Of a DNA stretch of 20,000 bases, positions 6,442 to 15,200 are shown in pieces. Location: IMG/VR virus record IMGVR_UViG_3300034374_008829. The stretch is one strand, 5' to 3'. Source of the stretch: an uncultured virus (IMG/VR IMGVR_UViG_3300034374_008829). Taxonomy: Duplodnaviria; Heunggongvirae; Uroviricota; Caudoviricetes. Positions within the stretch are counted from its first letter, which is position 1, and the number at the start of each line of letters is the position of its first letter. Under the pieces are notes generated by a model. It searched no databases, was not told the origin of the DNA, and worked only from the letters and a program-made list of their open reading frames with translations. A program made the translations under genes and the position numbers.

Positions 6442-8633
6442 TATGAGGCAAAGATGTCGGCGTCGACGACTGTTGCGTTGCTCGTAATAACGCTACCCAA
6501 GTAGCTAGCGGGAATCCCACCGTTAGGATCAATATTTAGAACATCGCCAGCCGTGACAATCAGACCACCAACAAAACAGGTGAAAGCTGCATTAACGTTG
6601 GCAGTCTCCTCTTCTGGAGCAAGGATAGCGGGCTCGAAGTAGGTAGCCAGATCTTGCGTCATAAAGTGAACGTCAATATCGAACACATAGCTACCAGAAT
6701 CGACATTGGTTTCTCCACTGACAGACGGAGGTGAGCCAGGCGTAGACCCTGTGCCGACAATGTTGTCAGGGATGGTTACACTGCCGTCAGAGAATCCGAT
6801 CCAGATGCCATTCATGGCAACTACGGATCCCTCTGCGCTTACACCCCACTGGCATGCGTCCATTCGCATAGCCATCAGCTTACCCTTGGTACTGTCGTAG
6901 TAACGGAATGGGCGACCGGGGTGCCATCCAGTGGCGATTTCTTCGCGTAAAGCTTCGGCTAATTGAATGCCATATGCATCGCCCTTGATCCAACGTTCAA
7001 TATAATTAGAGTAATCTGCTACTGCAGTATCGATCTCGCCCTGCGTGTCAAACAAAAGGGGCACAGGGATAGATTCCTTAGCAATATAAGGTCCAGATTC
7101 GGTAGGAGGTGATTGATAACGACTAGTATACAAATACAAAGTAGTTGTTTTGTCGACTGTCGAAGTCGTGGGAGTATTTACTAGATCGGGAATCAGAGGG
7201 TTAGCGCTAATCGTGGTAGAGATGCGTCGCTCAAAGGTTTTAATTCCATTGAGTGCATCAATATTGCCCGTAATACCGGAACCCCTAGCAGTGATACTGG
7301 TATAAGTCGTAGTCTCTTCAGTGTTGGAGTTGTTGGCATAGGTGTACTCAACGGTGACGCTACTCACCCGGTACATATCAGTAAGACTCAGTGTGGTGAA
7401 GTCTTGAGGTGCACCGTTGACGATTCCAGAACGCCAGTTAAAGGGCTGAGCACCAGAAGCAGTTGTTGCATACGTATCGGTGACAGTCTTAACTAGTTCA
7501 TTAGCAGTCCCGTAATAGTTCACCTGCTCGCTATAGGTAAGCAAGACTTCGTCCATACCATCAGTGGGACAGCCCCCGTTGGGCTGACATGCAGTCGCCC
7601 AGGTATACCTGCAATAAGCGAACTTATCAGCGAAATATTGCTGATTAGCCTCTAGGGCAGGACCACGAACCTCGCTATACACACGGGAGACTTGACCTGC
7701 GGGGCCGTTATATTCAGTACGGCGGGTTTCACGGCGCTTGGCAGGCAGAATCAGAGGTGTCTGTTTGGTCTCGTAGCCCTCGTTGCAGGAAGGAGTGCCG
7801 TTGTCTGCGGGCTGGGTTGGAGTATTACCGCAAGTACTTGTGGTACCAGTAGAAGATGACGATGTCTGAGTTCCGGTGACACTGGTCAATGTGCCGTCGT
7901 TGACACGCTGGTAAACAACAGCAGGATACGTCAGGTAGTAATAAGAATCGCTCTCGGTGATGTCAACTTTTCCAGCTTGATCGCTGGCTACCTCATCGGA
8001 AGGAGCTTGGTAAGACAGCTCGATCTGGTCGGGGATTGCTCGAGTGCCAGCAAGTGGTTTCGCGGAAAGTGCTGTGACACCAAGTACCGAAGTCCAGTCA
8101 CCAGTCGCTACACCAGCAGTACTGTCGCCATCGAAGAAAGTGCCGGAGACTAGGGCACCCTGGTTATCTTGATACAAGTATTGACCAGCGGAAGCAAAGG
8201 CAGCAGCAACATTAGAGTAACTGCGCTGAGCAACGTCAAGATAAATCGGACTCAGAGCTACAAGATCATCAACCTGATCGGTCAATGCAGCCAGAACCAA
8301 TCGACAGCCAATCTCTACGGTAAGCTGGCCCTCCTCGGGCTCGTAAGAGGTGGACAAAACATAAAGCAAGCCGCGAGGATGTCGAGCGACTGTGCCGTCT
8401 GGGTAAGTTACTTCAAGAATGACGGGAATGCCCCGCTTAAAATTATCTCGGTCGTAATCTTCTGTATTGTATCCACCGGGGACTTGCCCAAGAATTACGG
8501 TTCCTGCAGTTGAGATCAGTCCATTTTTATTTGCGGAACTGTCGCTGCAGGTCCAAGAAACCAACGATCCTGTGTAGTCAGAGCCTCCGATAGACAGACT
8601 GTGAACGCGAGTTTGATTAACAAGGTAAGACAT
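6441..8633 (-). CDS. Tail tip hub / Tal-like central tail protein
   Basis: 730 aa, beta-rich, in the position following the tape measure and Dit-like genes. Confidence 0.7.
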   Translation of the reverse strand: MSYLVNQTRVHSLSIGGSDYTGSLVSWTCSDSSANKNGLISTAGTVILGQVPGGYNTEDYDRDNFKRGIPVILEVTYPDGTVARHPRGLLYVLSTSYEPEEGQLTVEIGCRLVLAALTDQVDDLVALSPIYLDVAQRSYSNVAAAFASAGQYLYQDNQGALVSGTFFDGDSTAGVATGDWTSVLGVTALSAKPLAGTRAIPDQIELSYQAPSDEVASDQAGKVDITESDSYYYLTYPAVVYQRVNDGTLTSVTGTQTSSSSTGTTSTCGNTPTQPADNGTPSCNEGYETKQTPLILPAKRRETRRTEYNGPAGQVSRVYSEVRGPALEANQQYFADKFAYCRYTWATACQPNGGCPTDGMDEVLLTYSEQVNYYGTANELVKTVTDTYATTASGAQPFNWRSGIVNGAPQDFTTLSLTDMYRVSSVTVEYTYANNSNTEETTTYTSITARGSGITGNIDALNGIKTFERRISTTISANPLIPDLVNTPTTSTVDKTTTLYLYTSRYQSPPTESGPYIAKESIPVPLLFDTQGEIDTAVADYSNYIERWIKGDAYGIQLAEALREEIATGWHPGRPFRYYDSTKGKLMAMRMDACQWGVSAEGSVVAMNGIWIGFSDGSVTIPDNIVGTGSTPGSPPSVSGETNVDSGSYVFDIDVHFMTQDLATYFEPAILAPEEETANVNAAFTCFVGGLIVTAGDVLNIDPNGGIPASYLGSVITSNATVVDADIFAS

Positions 8634-8634
8634 T

Positions 8635-9036
8635 TCAAACCTCCGTCAAACCAAAGCTCACCAATACAAAAGCAGGACCCCACCTGTCATAGGTTGGGTT
8701 AGTGCTGAATACTGCATTAGTACTTACCTGAGGACCAAACATATCATCGACAACTGCCACAGCAGCAGCCAAGCCATTTGAGCGGTCGGTGTCCCAAGCC
8801 TTGAACATCGCGTCAAAAGTAACGGCGTCAGCCTTGGCAATCGGAGTGGAAATTGCCCAAAGATACTTTTGACTATAAGGGGCTCCAGTAATTATATTTG
8901 CGCCGTTGGCAGAATTACTAAACGAAAAACCGTCTAAATATGTTCTAGGTAATTCAGTTCCAGTAAACTCAGTAAAAGTAAAGCTGTAGCTTGGCGACCC
9001 AGCATTCGGCGTAAAAGACACTCCTATCTGGGACAT
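8635..9036 (-). CDS. Distal tail (Dit)-like protein
   Basis: 133 aa ending VSFGLTEV; size and position between tape measure and hub. Confidence 0.65.
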   Translation of the reverse strand: MSQIGVSFTPNAGSPSYSFTFTEFTGTELPRTYLDGFSFSNSANGANIITGAPYSQKYLWAISTPIAKADAVTFDAMFKAWDTDRSNGLAAAVAVVDDMFGPQVSTNAVFSTNPTYDRWGPAFVLVSFGLTEV

Positions 9037-9055
9037 TTAAGGGCACCGAGCTTGA

Positions 9056-9065
9056 CTAGTTTGCC
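9056..9065 (-). promoter_or_regulatory. Putative late promoter motif GGCAAACTAG
   Basis: 19 nt upstream of ATG 9036; contains the upstream stop. Confidence 0.7.
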
Positions 9066-9409
9066 GATGCAGCACTTGCAATTGAGACATATTTACTGAT
9101 ATTTTCAGGGCTATAGCCACCGCACCATTGAATCCTGTTGGTGTTCAGTACACGGTTCCTGAAAGCCTCGTCGTGATAAGCCAGCTCCGCAAAAGTCAGA
9201 TCATGAGATTCTAGAATTTTCTCTACCACCTCATCGGGAGCACCTTCATTTACCGCAGCCTCATATGCAATACGCCTATAGGCTAAACGATTCCGCAGAG
9301 CTTGAATGTCTTGGGACTTGCCGTCGTCAGCAGGCCCCTTGATACCTAAAGCGCTTTCAATATAAAGCTGTGCCTGGTCTTCAGTAGATCCAAAATGAAA
9401 CATACTCAC
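9056..9409 (-). CDS. Hypothetical protein between tape measure and Dit
   Basis: 117-aa ORF that tightly fills the gap; helical character. Confidence 0.65.
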   Translation of the reverse strand: MSMFHFGSTEDQAQLYIESALGIKGPADDGKSQDIQALRNRLAYRRIAYEAAVNEGAPDEVVEKILESHDLTFAELAYHDEAFRNRVLNTNRIQWCGGYSPENISKYVSIASAASAN

Positions 9410-9419
9410 TCCAAGCTGA

Positions 9420-12221
9420 TCAATTATACCGACGACGCTTAATCCGAGCCAAGGTCACAAGCACATCAGAAGCAGCCTTACTGGTATTAGTAGCTTGAAT
9501 TGTGACGTTATTAGTGGTGTTGCTGCCGCCCTGTTTCAGAGCGTTCAGCATACCCTTCAGGAGCCTGGTATTGCCAGAGGAGTCTGCCCCTGTAGGAGTC
9601 CTGCCCTTCACATTCAAGCCGCTGCTGGGAATGTCCAGCCCTGCTGCGACATGAGCAGGAATAATCGTACCCGAAGAAGGAGCAGTCCAGACATCCCAGG
9701 GCTTGGCGTTGATCATGCTCAGCTTTCCGCTATTCGACAAGAAAGCTTCTTGACCAAATTCATTGATATGCGTCTTAGATCCACCAGAAATTGGTCCGCC
9801 AGCAAAATTACTTGGTATTGATGAATTAGTATTCTTAGAGTTCAACCTAGCAGCCGCATTAGCGGCGTCATTGATCCGATCGGTTAAATCAGAGTATTTA
9901 CGACTGAGGCCCGAGACCAAGGTAGCCTGCTCGGATAGAAGGTTCTTGGTCTCAATATGTTTAGCATTACTGATGTCTTGCTGTTCTAAGATTTCTCGAT
10001 ATTTGCCAACTGCCGCTTTCTTTTCTTCTTCCGATTGCCGGATGCTGAGTTCAGCTTTTCTTCTACTGGCTTCCTGCTCATCAACGAATTTACCAAGCTC
10101 AGTCGTAAGGTTTTGAATTGCAGTAATCTGCTTTTCTTGTGCATTTCGAATTTTTTCCTCTTGCTCAGCTTTAGCTTTTGCGCGTTTTTCCATTAGCTTC
10201 TCAATCTCTTCTTGCCGGCGCATTCTCGAAAGTCGTGCCTGGGCTCTTATTAACTCTTCTTTACTTAATTTCCCTGAATCAATTTTATTTATCAATGACC
10301 GTTTCTCGAAATTATAAAGCTTTTGCTCTTCTGGCGTCCTTTTTTGAAGAAGTCCGATTTCGGCATCAATAAGCCTCAGTTTTTCATTGTAAATATTATT
10401 AATCGTCTTAACTTCCTCGTTGTAGGCTTTGTTGACATCAGCAATTTTTTTATTGGTTGCTTTTTCTTCTGCCTGAATCTTCTCATCTATCCCTTCAATA
10501 ATCCTTTTTTGTTTTTCAATCTCGAGATCATATCTACGCTCAACAGTATTAATCATATTCGCCAAAACTCCCCTTTGCTTCACGTACTCTTCATTAACCT
10601 TAGACGCTTCCTCCACCAATCCCTGAAGCTTGTTTTTAAGTTCTTGCGCATGCTGTTGAGCTTGCAAGGCGCTGATATTGAAGAATCCCCAGAAAGGCTT
10701 AGAGGCTTGATCAAGATTTGCCAAGGCGTCGTTGACACCGACTAGGCCAAGAGACAAAGCTTGCGATTCAGTTTTAGCTCGGTTTATATTAGTTGACAAA
10801 GTATAATAAGCAGCCCCTGCAATAACAGCTGCTGTCGCAATAGCGGCCAAGATCACCGGATTTGACATCATGGCAATCGTGAGTGCCTTAAGCGATACGC
10901 CGATCATAGCTATGACAGACTGCAAACCCCCAAGGGTATAGATAATTGCAGAGATTTTAGCGACAGCCATGACTGTAAAAAATCCAGTAGCGGCTATAGC
11001 CAATGAAGCCAAAGCTGCCGCAACAGTTCCGGCATTTTCGGCAAGAGCATTGAAACCCTTGGTCAGCAAGCTCAGTGTTGTAGCAGCCGGTCCCCCCATG
11101 GCTTGGTCAATAAGGGAAAATGCCTCTACGGCTTGTAGTGCTAGGTTCTGTAGAGCAGATTCAAGCTTACGTAGTTGACCGATCCAAGTCTGATCTATCC
11201 TCTTAGCGATCTCTGCAAAAGCAGAGCCCTCTGAGGTCATTCCATCTAAAGCAGCTTGAACCTCAGTGAACCCGATCAATCCATCAGCAGCAAATTGCTT
11301 GACCTCTGTAGTGCTGATCCCAATAACATCGGCCAGCTCTGTCCAAATAGGGATACCTTGAATGGCAAACTGCGTCAGGTCGCGAGTGTAAGCCCTGCCC
11401 TGGGTTTGAACTTGACCAAGGTTTCTCGCAAGATTACTTATATCACCGCCAGTAGCCGATGCAATAATAGACAGCTGTCGAGTAGACTCAGTAGCCTGAT
11501 CGATGCTGACTCCATAGCCAAGCAGAATCTGGCCTGCACTTGCGACTTGCTGAAGGTTGAAGGATGTAGTCGATGCAATATCTCGAAAATTGCTCAGGGC
11601 AACACCAGCTGCAGCTGCGCTGCCAGCGAACGCTTCTAGCGTGAGTTTAAGGATTTGTAGCTGCGCTCCCTGACCAATTAAATCACTAAAGCCATTGACA
11701 ATTCGAAGAATTGCTTGTGTAGCGAGATTCGCAGCAACCTGAACCAGGGAAAGCCTCCCGAGAAAACTGCTGATATTGCTACGACTAAAAGCAGACCCAG
11801 AAGCCTGCCCCATTTTCTGAAGCGCCTCTTGCGTTAGCTTGATTTGATCAGTTATGCGCCTCCATTCGTCTGTGATCGTCCTGCCGTCCTTGGCCAGCAT
11901 TCTGGTCCTACTTTGCTTCTCTTTCAGAGCTTTGTTAATTGCCTTTACTTGAGCAGGCGTCTGCTTTAGGAGATTATTATAAAACTTCTGATCCTTGCTA
12001 AGAGCTTTAATTGTGCCTTCAATATTTTTAAATTTCTTTCTTGCTTCTTCAGCGCCAGCAGTTCTAACTTTAATCTTTGCTTCTACTTCCTTCCTTCCGA
12101 TTTCTGCCATCGCACCCTTGACTTCGCTGGCGACCTGCTTTGCCGCATCACCGAAATCTTTAAGCTGCTGGATCGCAGGGCTGGAGTCAAGAGTTAACTT
12201 ATAATTCAGTGACTCTGCCAT
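9420..12221 (-). CDS. Tail tape measure protein
   Basis: 933 aa: tape-measure domain (RDIASTTSFNLQQVASAGQILLGYG..LTQFAIQGIPIWTELA), hydrophobic segments, long coiled coil, and C-terminal FAGGPI..INEFGQEAF. Confidence 0.95.
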   Translation of the reverse strand: MAESLNYKLTLDSSPAIQQLKDFGDAAKQVASEVKGAMAEIGRKEVEAKIKVRTAGAEEARKKFKNIEGTIKALSKDQKFYNNLLKQTPAQVKAINKALKEKQSRTRMLAKDGRTITDEWRRITDQIKLTQEALQKMGQASGSAFSRSNISSFLGRLSLVQVAANLATQAILRIVNGFSDLIGQGAQLQILKLTLEAFAGSAAAAGVALSNFRDIASTTSFNLQQVASAGQILLGYGVSIDQATESTRQLSIIASATGGDISNLARNLGQVQTQGRAYTRDLTQFAIQGIPIWTELADVIGISTTEVKQFAADGLIGFTEVQAALDGMTSEGSAFAEIAKRIDQTWIGQLRKLESALQNLALQAVEAFSLIDQAMGGPAATTLSLLTKGFNALAENAGTVAAALASLAIAATGFFTVMAVAKISAIIYTLGGLQSVIAMIGVSLKALTIAMMSNPVILAAIATAAVIAGAAYYTLSTNINRAKTESQALSLGLVGVNDALANLDQASKPFWGFFNISALQAQQHAQELKNKLQGLVEEASKVNEEYVKQRGVLANMINTVERRYDLEIEKQKRIIEGIDEKIQAEEKATNKKIADVNKAYNEEVKTINNIYNEKLRLIDAEIGLLQKRTPEEQKLYNFEKRSLINKIDSGKLSKEELIRAQARLSRMRRQEEIEKLMEKRAKAKAEQEEKIRNAQEKQITAIQNLTTELGKFVDEQEASRRKAELSIRQSEEEKKAAVGKYREILEQQDISNAKHIETKNLLSEQATLVSGLSRKYSDLTDRINDAANAAARLNSKNTNSSIPSNFAGGPISGGSKTHINEFGQEAFLSNSGKLSMINAKPWDVWTAPSSGTIIPAHVAAGLDIPSSGLNVKGRTPTGADSSGNTRLLKGMLNALKQGGSNTTNNVTIQATNTSKAASDVLVTLARIKRRRYN

Positions 12222-12242
12222 TGCTGCGAGGGGTGCATCGGA

Positions 12243-12252
12243 CTAGTTTTCC
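12243..12252 (-). promoter_or_regulatory. Putative late promoter motif GGAAAACTAG (tape measure)
   Basis: 21 nt upstream of ATG 12221, directly after the terminator. Confidence 0.7.
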
Positions 12253-12256
12253 CAAT

Positions 12257-12276
12257 AAAAAAGCCCCTTTCGGGGC
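12257..12276 (-). terminator. Rho-independent terminator after the tail tube gene
   Basis: GCCCC-GAAA-GGGGC-T6; identical to 243-262. Confidence 0.85.
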
Positions 12277-12316
12277 TTGTGGACCGAGTTTTAACTGAAC
12301 GATTTACGGATATAAA

Positions 12317-12931
12317 TCAGTTACCAACGTTCGCGTCGATTTCCACCACATAAGGACCGTAGCCCATCAGGCTGCACTCCCAGGAGACGATCGAGGTCAC
12401 GTCGTTGCTCTCGGTATAGCCGGTCAGGGTGCCGTAGCCATAGATGGTTTCAGTGGTACCAGTAGGACCAACGCGACCAACCTTGACACGCAGACCATCA
12501 GCAACAGTGTTCTGCTCGGTGAGCCGCAGGATCTGATAGCCAGCATCAGAGAAGTCAGCCACACCAGCAAGGCTCATGGACCAAGACTTGGTAGTTGCGA
12601 CAGCTTGGCTGAAGCCTTTGGAATCGTCGTCGTAGGTGTAGACCTCTTCAGTACCAGTGTCGGACTCAAGAGTAGCCGAGGTCAGACCTGCCAGACGAAC
12701 AGGAGTCATGGTGCCATCGGTAGGCTCAGCCACAGGGGTTGCGCCCAAGCTGAAAACACCAGCGCTATAAGTCACCTTTTCATCAGCTGCAACAACAGAG
12801 CTAATGTCAAGGAAGTTCGTAGCACCTGAACCAACACCACCGGTCACGCCGGTAAAGGTCACGTCGACACTGGCGGCAAGAAGCGGAGCCAAGTATACGT
12901 CGTAACCAAAGGCGGCAGAAAAATTCGCCAT
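12317..12931 (-). CDS. Major tail tube protein
   Basis: 204 aa from ATG 12931 (MANFSAAFGY); tube-like motifs EEVYTYDD..GFSQAVATTKSWSMSLAG and VSWECSLMGYGP; lies before the tape measure and is followed by a terminator. Confidence 0.85.
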   Translation of the reverse strand: MANFSAAFGYDVYLAPLLAASVDVTFTGVTGGVGSGATNFLDISSVVAADEKVTYSAGVFSLGATPVAEPTDGTMTPVRLAGLTSATLESDTGTEEVYTYDDDSKGFSQAVATTKSWSMSLAGVADFSDAGYQILRLTEQNTVADGLRVKVGRVGPTGTTETIYGYGTLTGYTESNDVTSIVSWECSLMGYGPYVVEIDANVGN

Positions 12932-12935
12932 ATAC

Positions 12936-12985
12936 AAAAACGGGCGAAGCCCGTGCGAAGGTTACTCGGACCTTCACGGCCCGCT
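12936..12985 (-). promoter_or_regulatory. Structured leader of the tail tube gene with two mutually exclusive hairpins
   Basis: CCGUG-AAGGU-loop-ACCUU-CG-CACGG competes with ACGGGC-UUC-GCCCGU-UUUU. Confidence 0.5.
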
Positions 12986-12989
12986 AAAT

Positions 12990-12999
12990 ATATATTTCC
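12990..12999 (-). promoter_or_regulatory. Putative late promoter variant GGAAATATAT (tail tube)
   Basis: Degenerate match just upstream of the structured leader. Confidence 0.45.
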
Positions 13000-13005
13000 T
13001 AGCCC

Positions 13006-13440
13006 CTATGGGAGGATTGGCATATTTGATTTGATCATAACCTTGGTCTGCACCAAGGCCCCGACGCCATCAGATGCTGCGACAGTATCTATGGATTCCA
13101 TACCTAGGAATCTTTTAACCATTTGCGCTACTGCATTCGTGATCGCTTGACCATTAGAAGGTTCCCAAGCTACCAAGAAAACATTAAAGGTAAATACGCT
13201 ATCCGGAGAATCGTTTGACAGGTAAGGTTGAGTTGTTACATCGCCTACATCAATAACGACGACTTCCAAACCGCTAACACTTGATAAACCCTTCGTATCT
13301 TCGCCGGGAGACTTTACAGAGATCGATGGCAGTACCGTGCCATCAGCAAAAGTATACGTGCCAACATACGACATGAACGTCGCATCTCCAGACAGAGTGT
13401 TATAGATAACCTCCGCAGAAGTAGGAAAAGTCTGCGCCAT
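13006..13440 (-). CDS. Tail terminator / tail completion protein
   Basis: 144 aa, directly upstream of the tail tube gene; begins with the typical IYNTLSGDATF helix. Confidence 0.7.
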   Translation of the reverse strand: MAQTFPTSAEVIYNTLSGDATFMSYVGTYTFADGTVLPSISVKSPGEDTKGLSSVSGLEVVVIDVGDVTTQPYLSNDSPDSVFTFNVFLVAWEPSNGQAITNAVAQMVKRFLGMESIDTVAASDGVGALVQTKVMIKSNMPILP

Positions 13441-13460
13441 TACATGTATTTTGGCCTGAT

Positions 13461-13485
13461 TTATTGTTCCGTTTGGGCATCCTAA
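13461..13485. promoter_or_regulatory. Back-to-back divergent late promoter motifs
   Basis: Minus strand GGAACAATAA at 13461-13470, 20 nt before ATG 13440. Plus strand GGCATCCTAA at 13476-13485, upstream of the HNH gene. Confidence 0.55.
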
Positions 13486-13562
13486 CTCGAGACAACGCAG
13501 AGAGCTTATGGCCTTCGCTTCATCGGAATTTTCCCTCCGCGTTATCTCATTTTCGTAATCAG

Positions 13563-14009
13563 ATGACTAACGCAAGGGACTACTTTCCCCTCTACGAAAG
13601 AATCTCTGATTATCTGTTTAATATGTCTGCACTGACACGGCGAGAGGCCCGTCAGCAATGGCGAGACTCCATTAAGGAAGCTTGGAACAACCGCTGCGCG
13701 TATTGCGGAAATCCACCAATCGACGATCGCTCTTTGACGATCGATCACGTCAAGCCTCGGTGTCGAGGGGGTGAAGATCGAACCAGTAACGTGATCCCTG
13801 CATGCGAATCATGCAACTCACATAAGGGAAGTTGTGAATGGGTCGCTTGGTATCGAATGCAGGAGTTCTACTCGATAGAAGGCGAACTTCGGATCCGTCA
13901 ATGGCTATCTGATGGTCGTGGATATTTCGGCAATTGGGACGAAGATGACACGAAAAAAGTAGAAGACTATGCAAACAGCCTGTTAGGCGAGTGGCCTACA
14001 GCTTGCTAG
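13563..14009 (+). CDS. HNH endonuclease (McrA-like)
   Basis: CAYCG..LTIDHVKPRCRGGED..NVIPACESCNSHKG; likely start ATG 13563 (148 aa). Confidence 0.9.
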   Translation: MTNARDYFPLYERISDYLFNMSALTRREARQQWRDSIKEAWNNRCAYCGNPPIDDRSLTIDHVKPRCRGGEDRTSNVIPACESCNSHKGSCEWVAWYRMQEFYSIEGELRIRQWLSDGRGYFGNWDEDDTKKVEDYANSLLGEWPTAC

Positions 14010-14618
14010 TTCCATATTCTCTTCTGCAATAACCTTAGTCTTCACATGTGGCATCTTGAGCCAATGCTCTTGACCGTTTTCGTCCTTGAAAAGACGAGAC
14101 TGCATTGAGCTTGATTCACGTGCCACTAAAAGCCCTTTAAATCCGTCTTTTTGTTTGCGCGGATTGATTAGTATTGCATCCTCTGCAACTAGAATAACCG
14201 AGTCAGGGACTACGTTTTCGTCATATGCAGCAGCTAAATCTGGGTAAATAAACAATGCCCATGTTGGCATCAAACCAGCCTTGATTGCAGCGTGCGCTGC
14301 TGCCGCATTCATCTTGCTGGGCAGATTCAACTCAGCCGCCGTCTTGAAGATTGTAAAATCATCAATACTGTAAGGCTTGCGTTGACGCTTTGTATCACGA
14401 TTTGAATTCGCGATAACAGAAGTCTGTAAAGCGATTGGCTTTTCACGCAATGAAAGATCAGTCAAACGCCTGTCGGCAATTTGTTCAACAGCTTTCACTA
14501 CATATTGATATGGAAGCTCGCCGTAATTGCCAAGGCTGAACTCAGTACAACCCGGAAAGCTGTACTTTAGATCCCAGTAATATTTATCGAACGGGAAATC
14601 GTTCAGTCCGCCTTGGCT
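13983..14618 (-). CDS. Tail assembly chaperone, frameshifted C-terminal (T-like) part
   Basis: The frame is open from the slippery site at 14618-14624 to the stop at 13983 and lies in the -1 frame of the upstream chaperone. Confidence 0.75.
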   Translation of the reverse strand, partial: SQGGLNDFPFDKYYWDLKYSFPGCTEFSLGNYGELPYQYVVKAVEQIADRRLTDLSLREKPIALQTSVIANSNRDTKRQRKPYSIDDFTIFKTAAELNLPSKMNAAAAHAAIKAGLMPTWALFIYPDLAAAYDENVVPDSVILVAEDAILINPRKQKDGFKGLLVARESSSMQSRLFKDENGQEHWLKMPHVKTKVIAEENMELASCRPLA

Positions 14619-15169
14619 TTTCCCTTTGACACTTTCCCGGAATCGGATTTTTCGGAGTTGCCGCTAGGAGCACTCTCTTCTTCGTCATTGATCAGATCTT
14701 CGATTGATTTAGCTTCCTCGTCGGCATACAGCTTGCTGAGGTCTTCAACGATATCAGGATGCAGCTCTAGAGTATCTTGAAATTCCCAGCTAGAGTCGTA
14801 CCTAGAGATCATCAAGGCAGTCGTTTGTGCTAGGCGTTGAAGATTGGTAGCTTGCTCCATCTCGCTAGACAGGGAAAGCAATTCCTCTTCATATTTATCT
14901 AGGTAAGATTCCCCATTAGAGGGATTGTAATTCTGCAGATCCTTGATTACGTCAGCTTGCTTTTTATTTTCTTGCTTTGCAATTGAACCAACAACTTTCA
15001 GCATGCTGCTGGTACCCGCTTCCTTCATTGCGATCTGCACGAAGCTTTTTTCTGAGACAGAAAGGTATCCGCGACGTTCAATTTCAAATTTACCCGACTC
15101 TTCTGATCCAATAAGGATTTTCTTTGGTGCGTAACGAGGCTGAACAACAAAAGGCAGCTTAACCTTCAT
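14603..15169 (-). CDS. Tail assembly chaperone (gpG-like)
   Basis: 188 aa, acidic C-terminus ending in an in-phase G GGA AAA slippery heptamer (codons 183-184). Confidence 0.75.
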   Translation of the reverse strand: MKVKLPFVVQPRYAPKKILIGSEESGKFEIERRGYLSVSEKSFVQIAMKEAGTSSMLKVVGSIAKQENKKQADVIKDLQNYNPSNGESYLDKYEEELLSLSSEMEQATNLQRLAQTTALMISRYDSSWEFQDTLELHPDIVEDLSKLYADEEAKSIEDLINDEEESAPSGNSEKSDSGKVSKGKAKAD

Positions 15170-15188
15170 TTGTACTTTTAAAGCTAAG

Positions 15189-15198
15189 CAAGCATACC
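15189..15198 (-). promoter_or_regulatory. Putative late promoter variant GGTATGCTTG
   Basis: 19 nt upstream of ATG 15169. Confidence 0.5.
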
Positions 15199-15200
15199 AA

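Noticed and set aside
306..13150. Many short ORF-track entries antisense to or out of frame with structural genes (e.g. 4372..4968+, 10323..10745+, 3696..4019-)
   Set aside because: Shadow ORFs overlapping well-supported genes, with no recognisable motifs or initiation signals.
13503..13534. Hammerhead ribozyme-like core (CCGAUGA...GAAG) on the minus RNA
   Set aside because: Lacks the invariant CUGANGA and GAAA and a proper stem II.
13464..13562. TTG-started N-terminal extension of the HNH ORF
   Set aside because: Covers the promoter motifs and the hairpin; ATG 13563 is more plausible.
14632..14638. Lambda-type GGGAAAG heptamer on the minus strand
   Set aside because: It reads GGG AAA G, out of phase for a tandem -1 slip; the in-phase site is 14618-14624.
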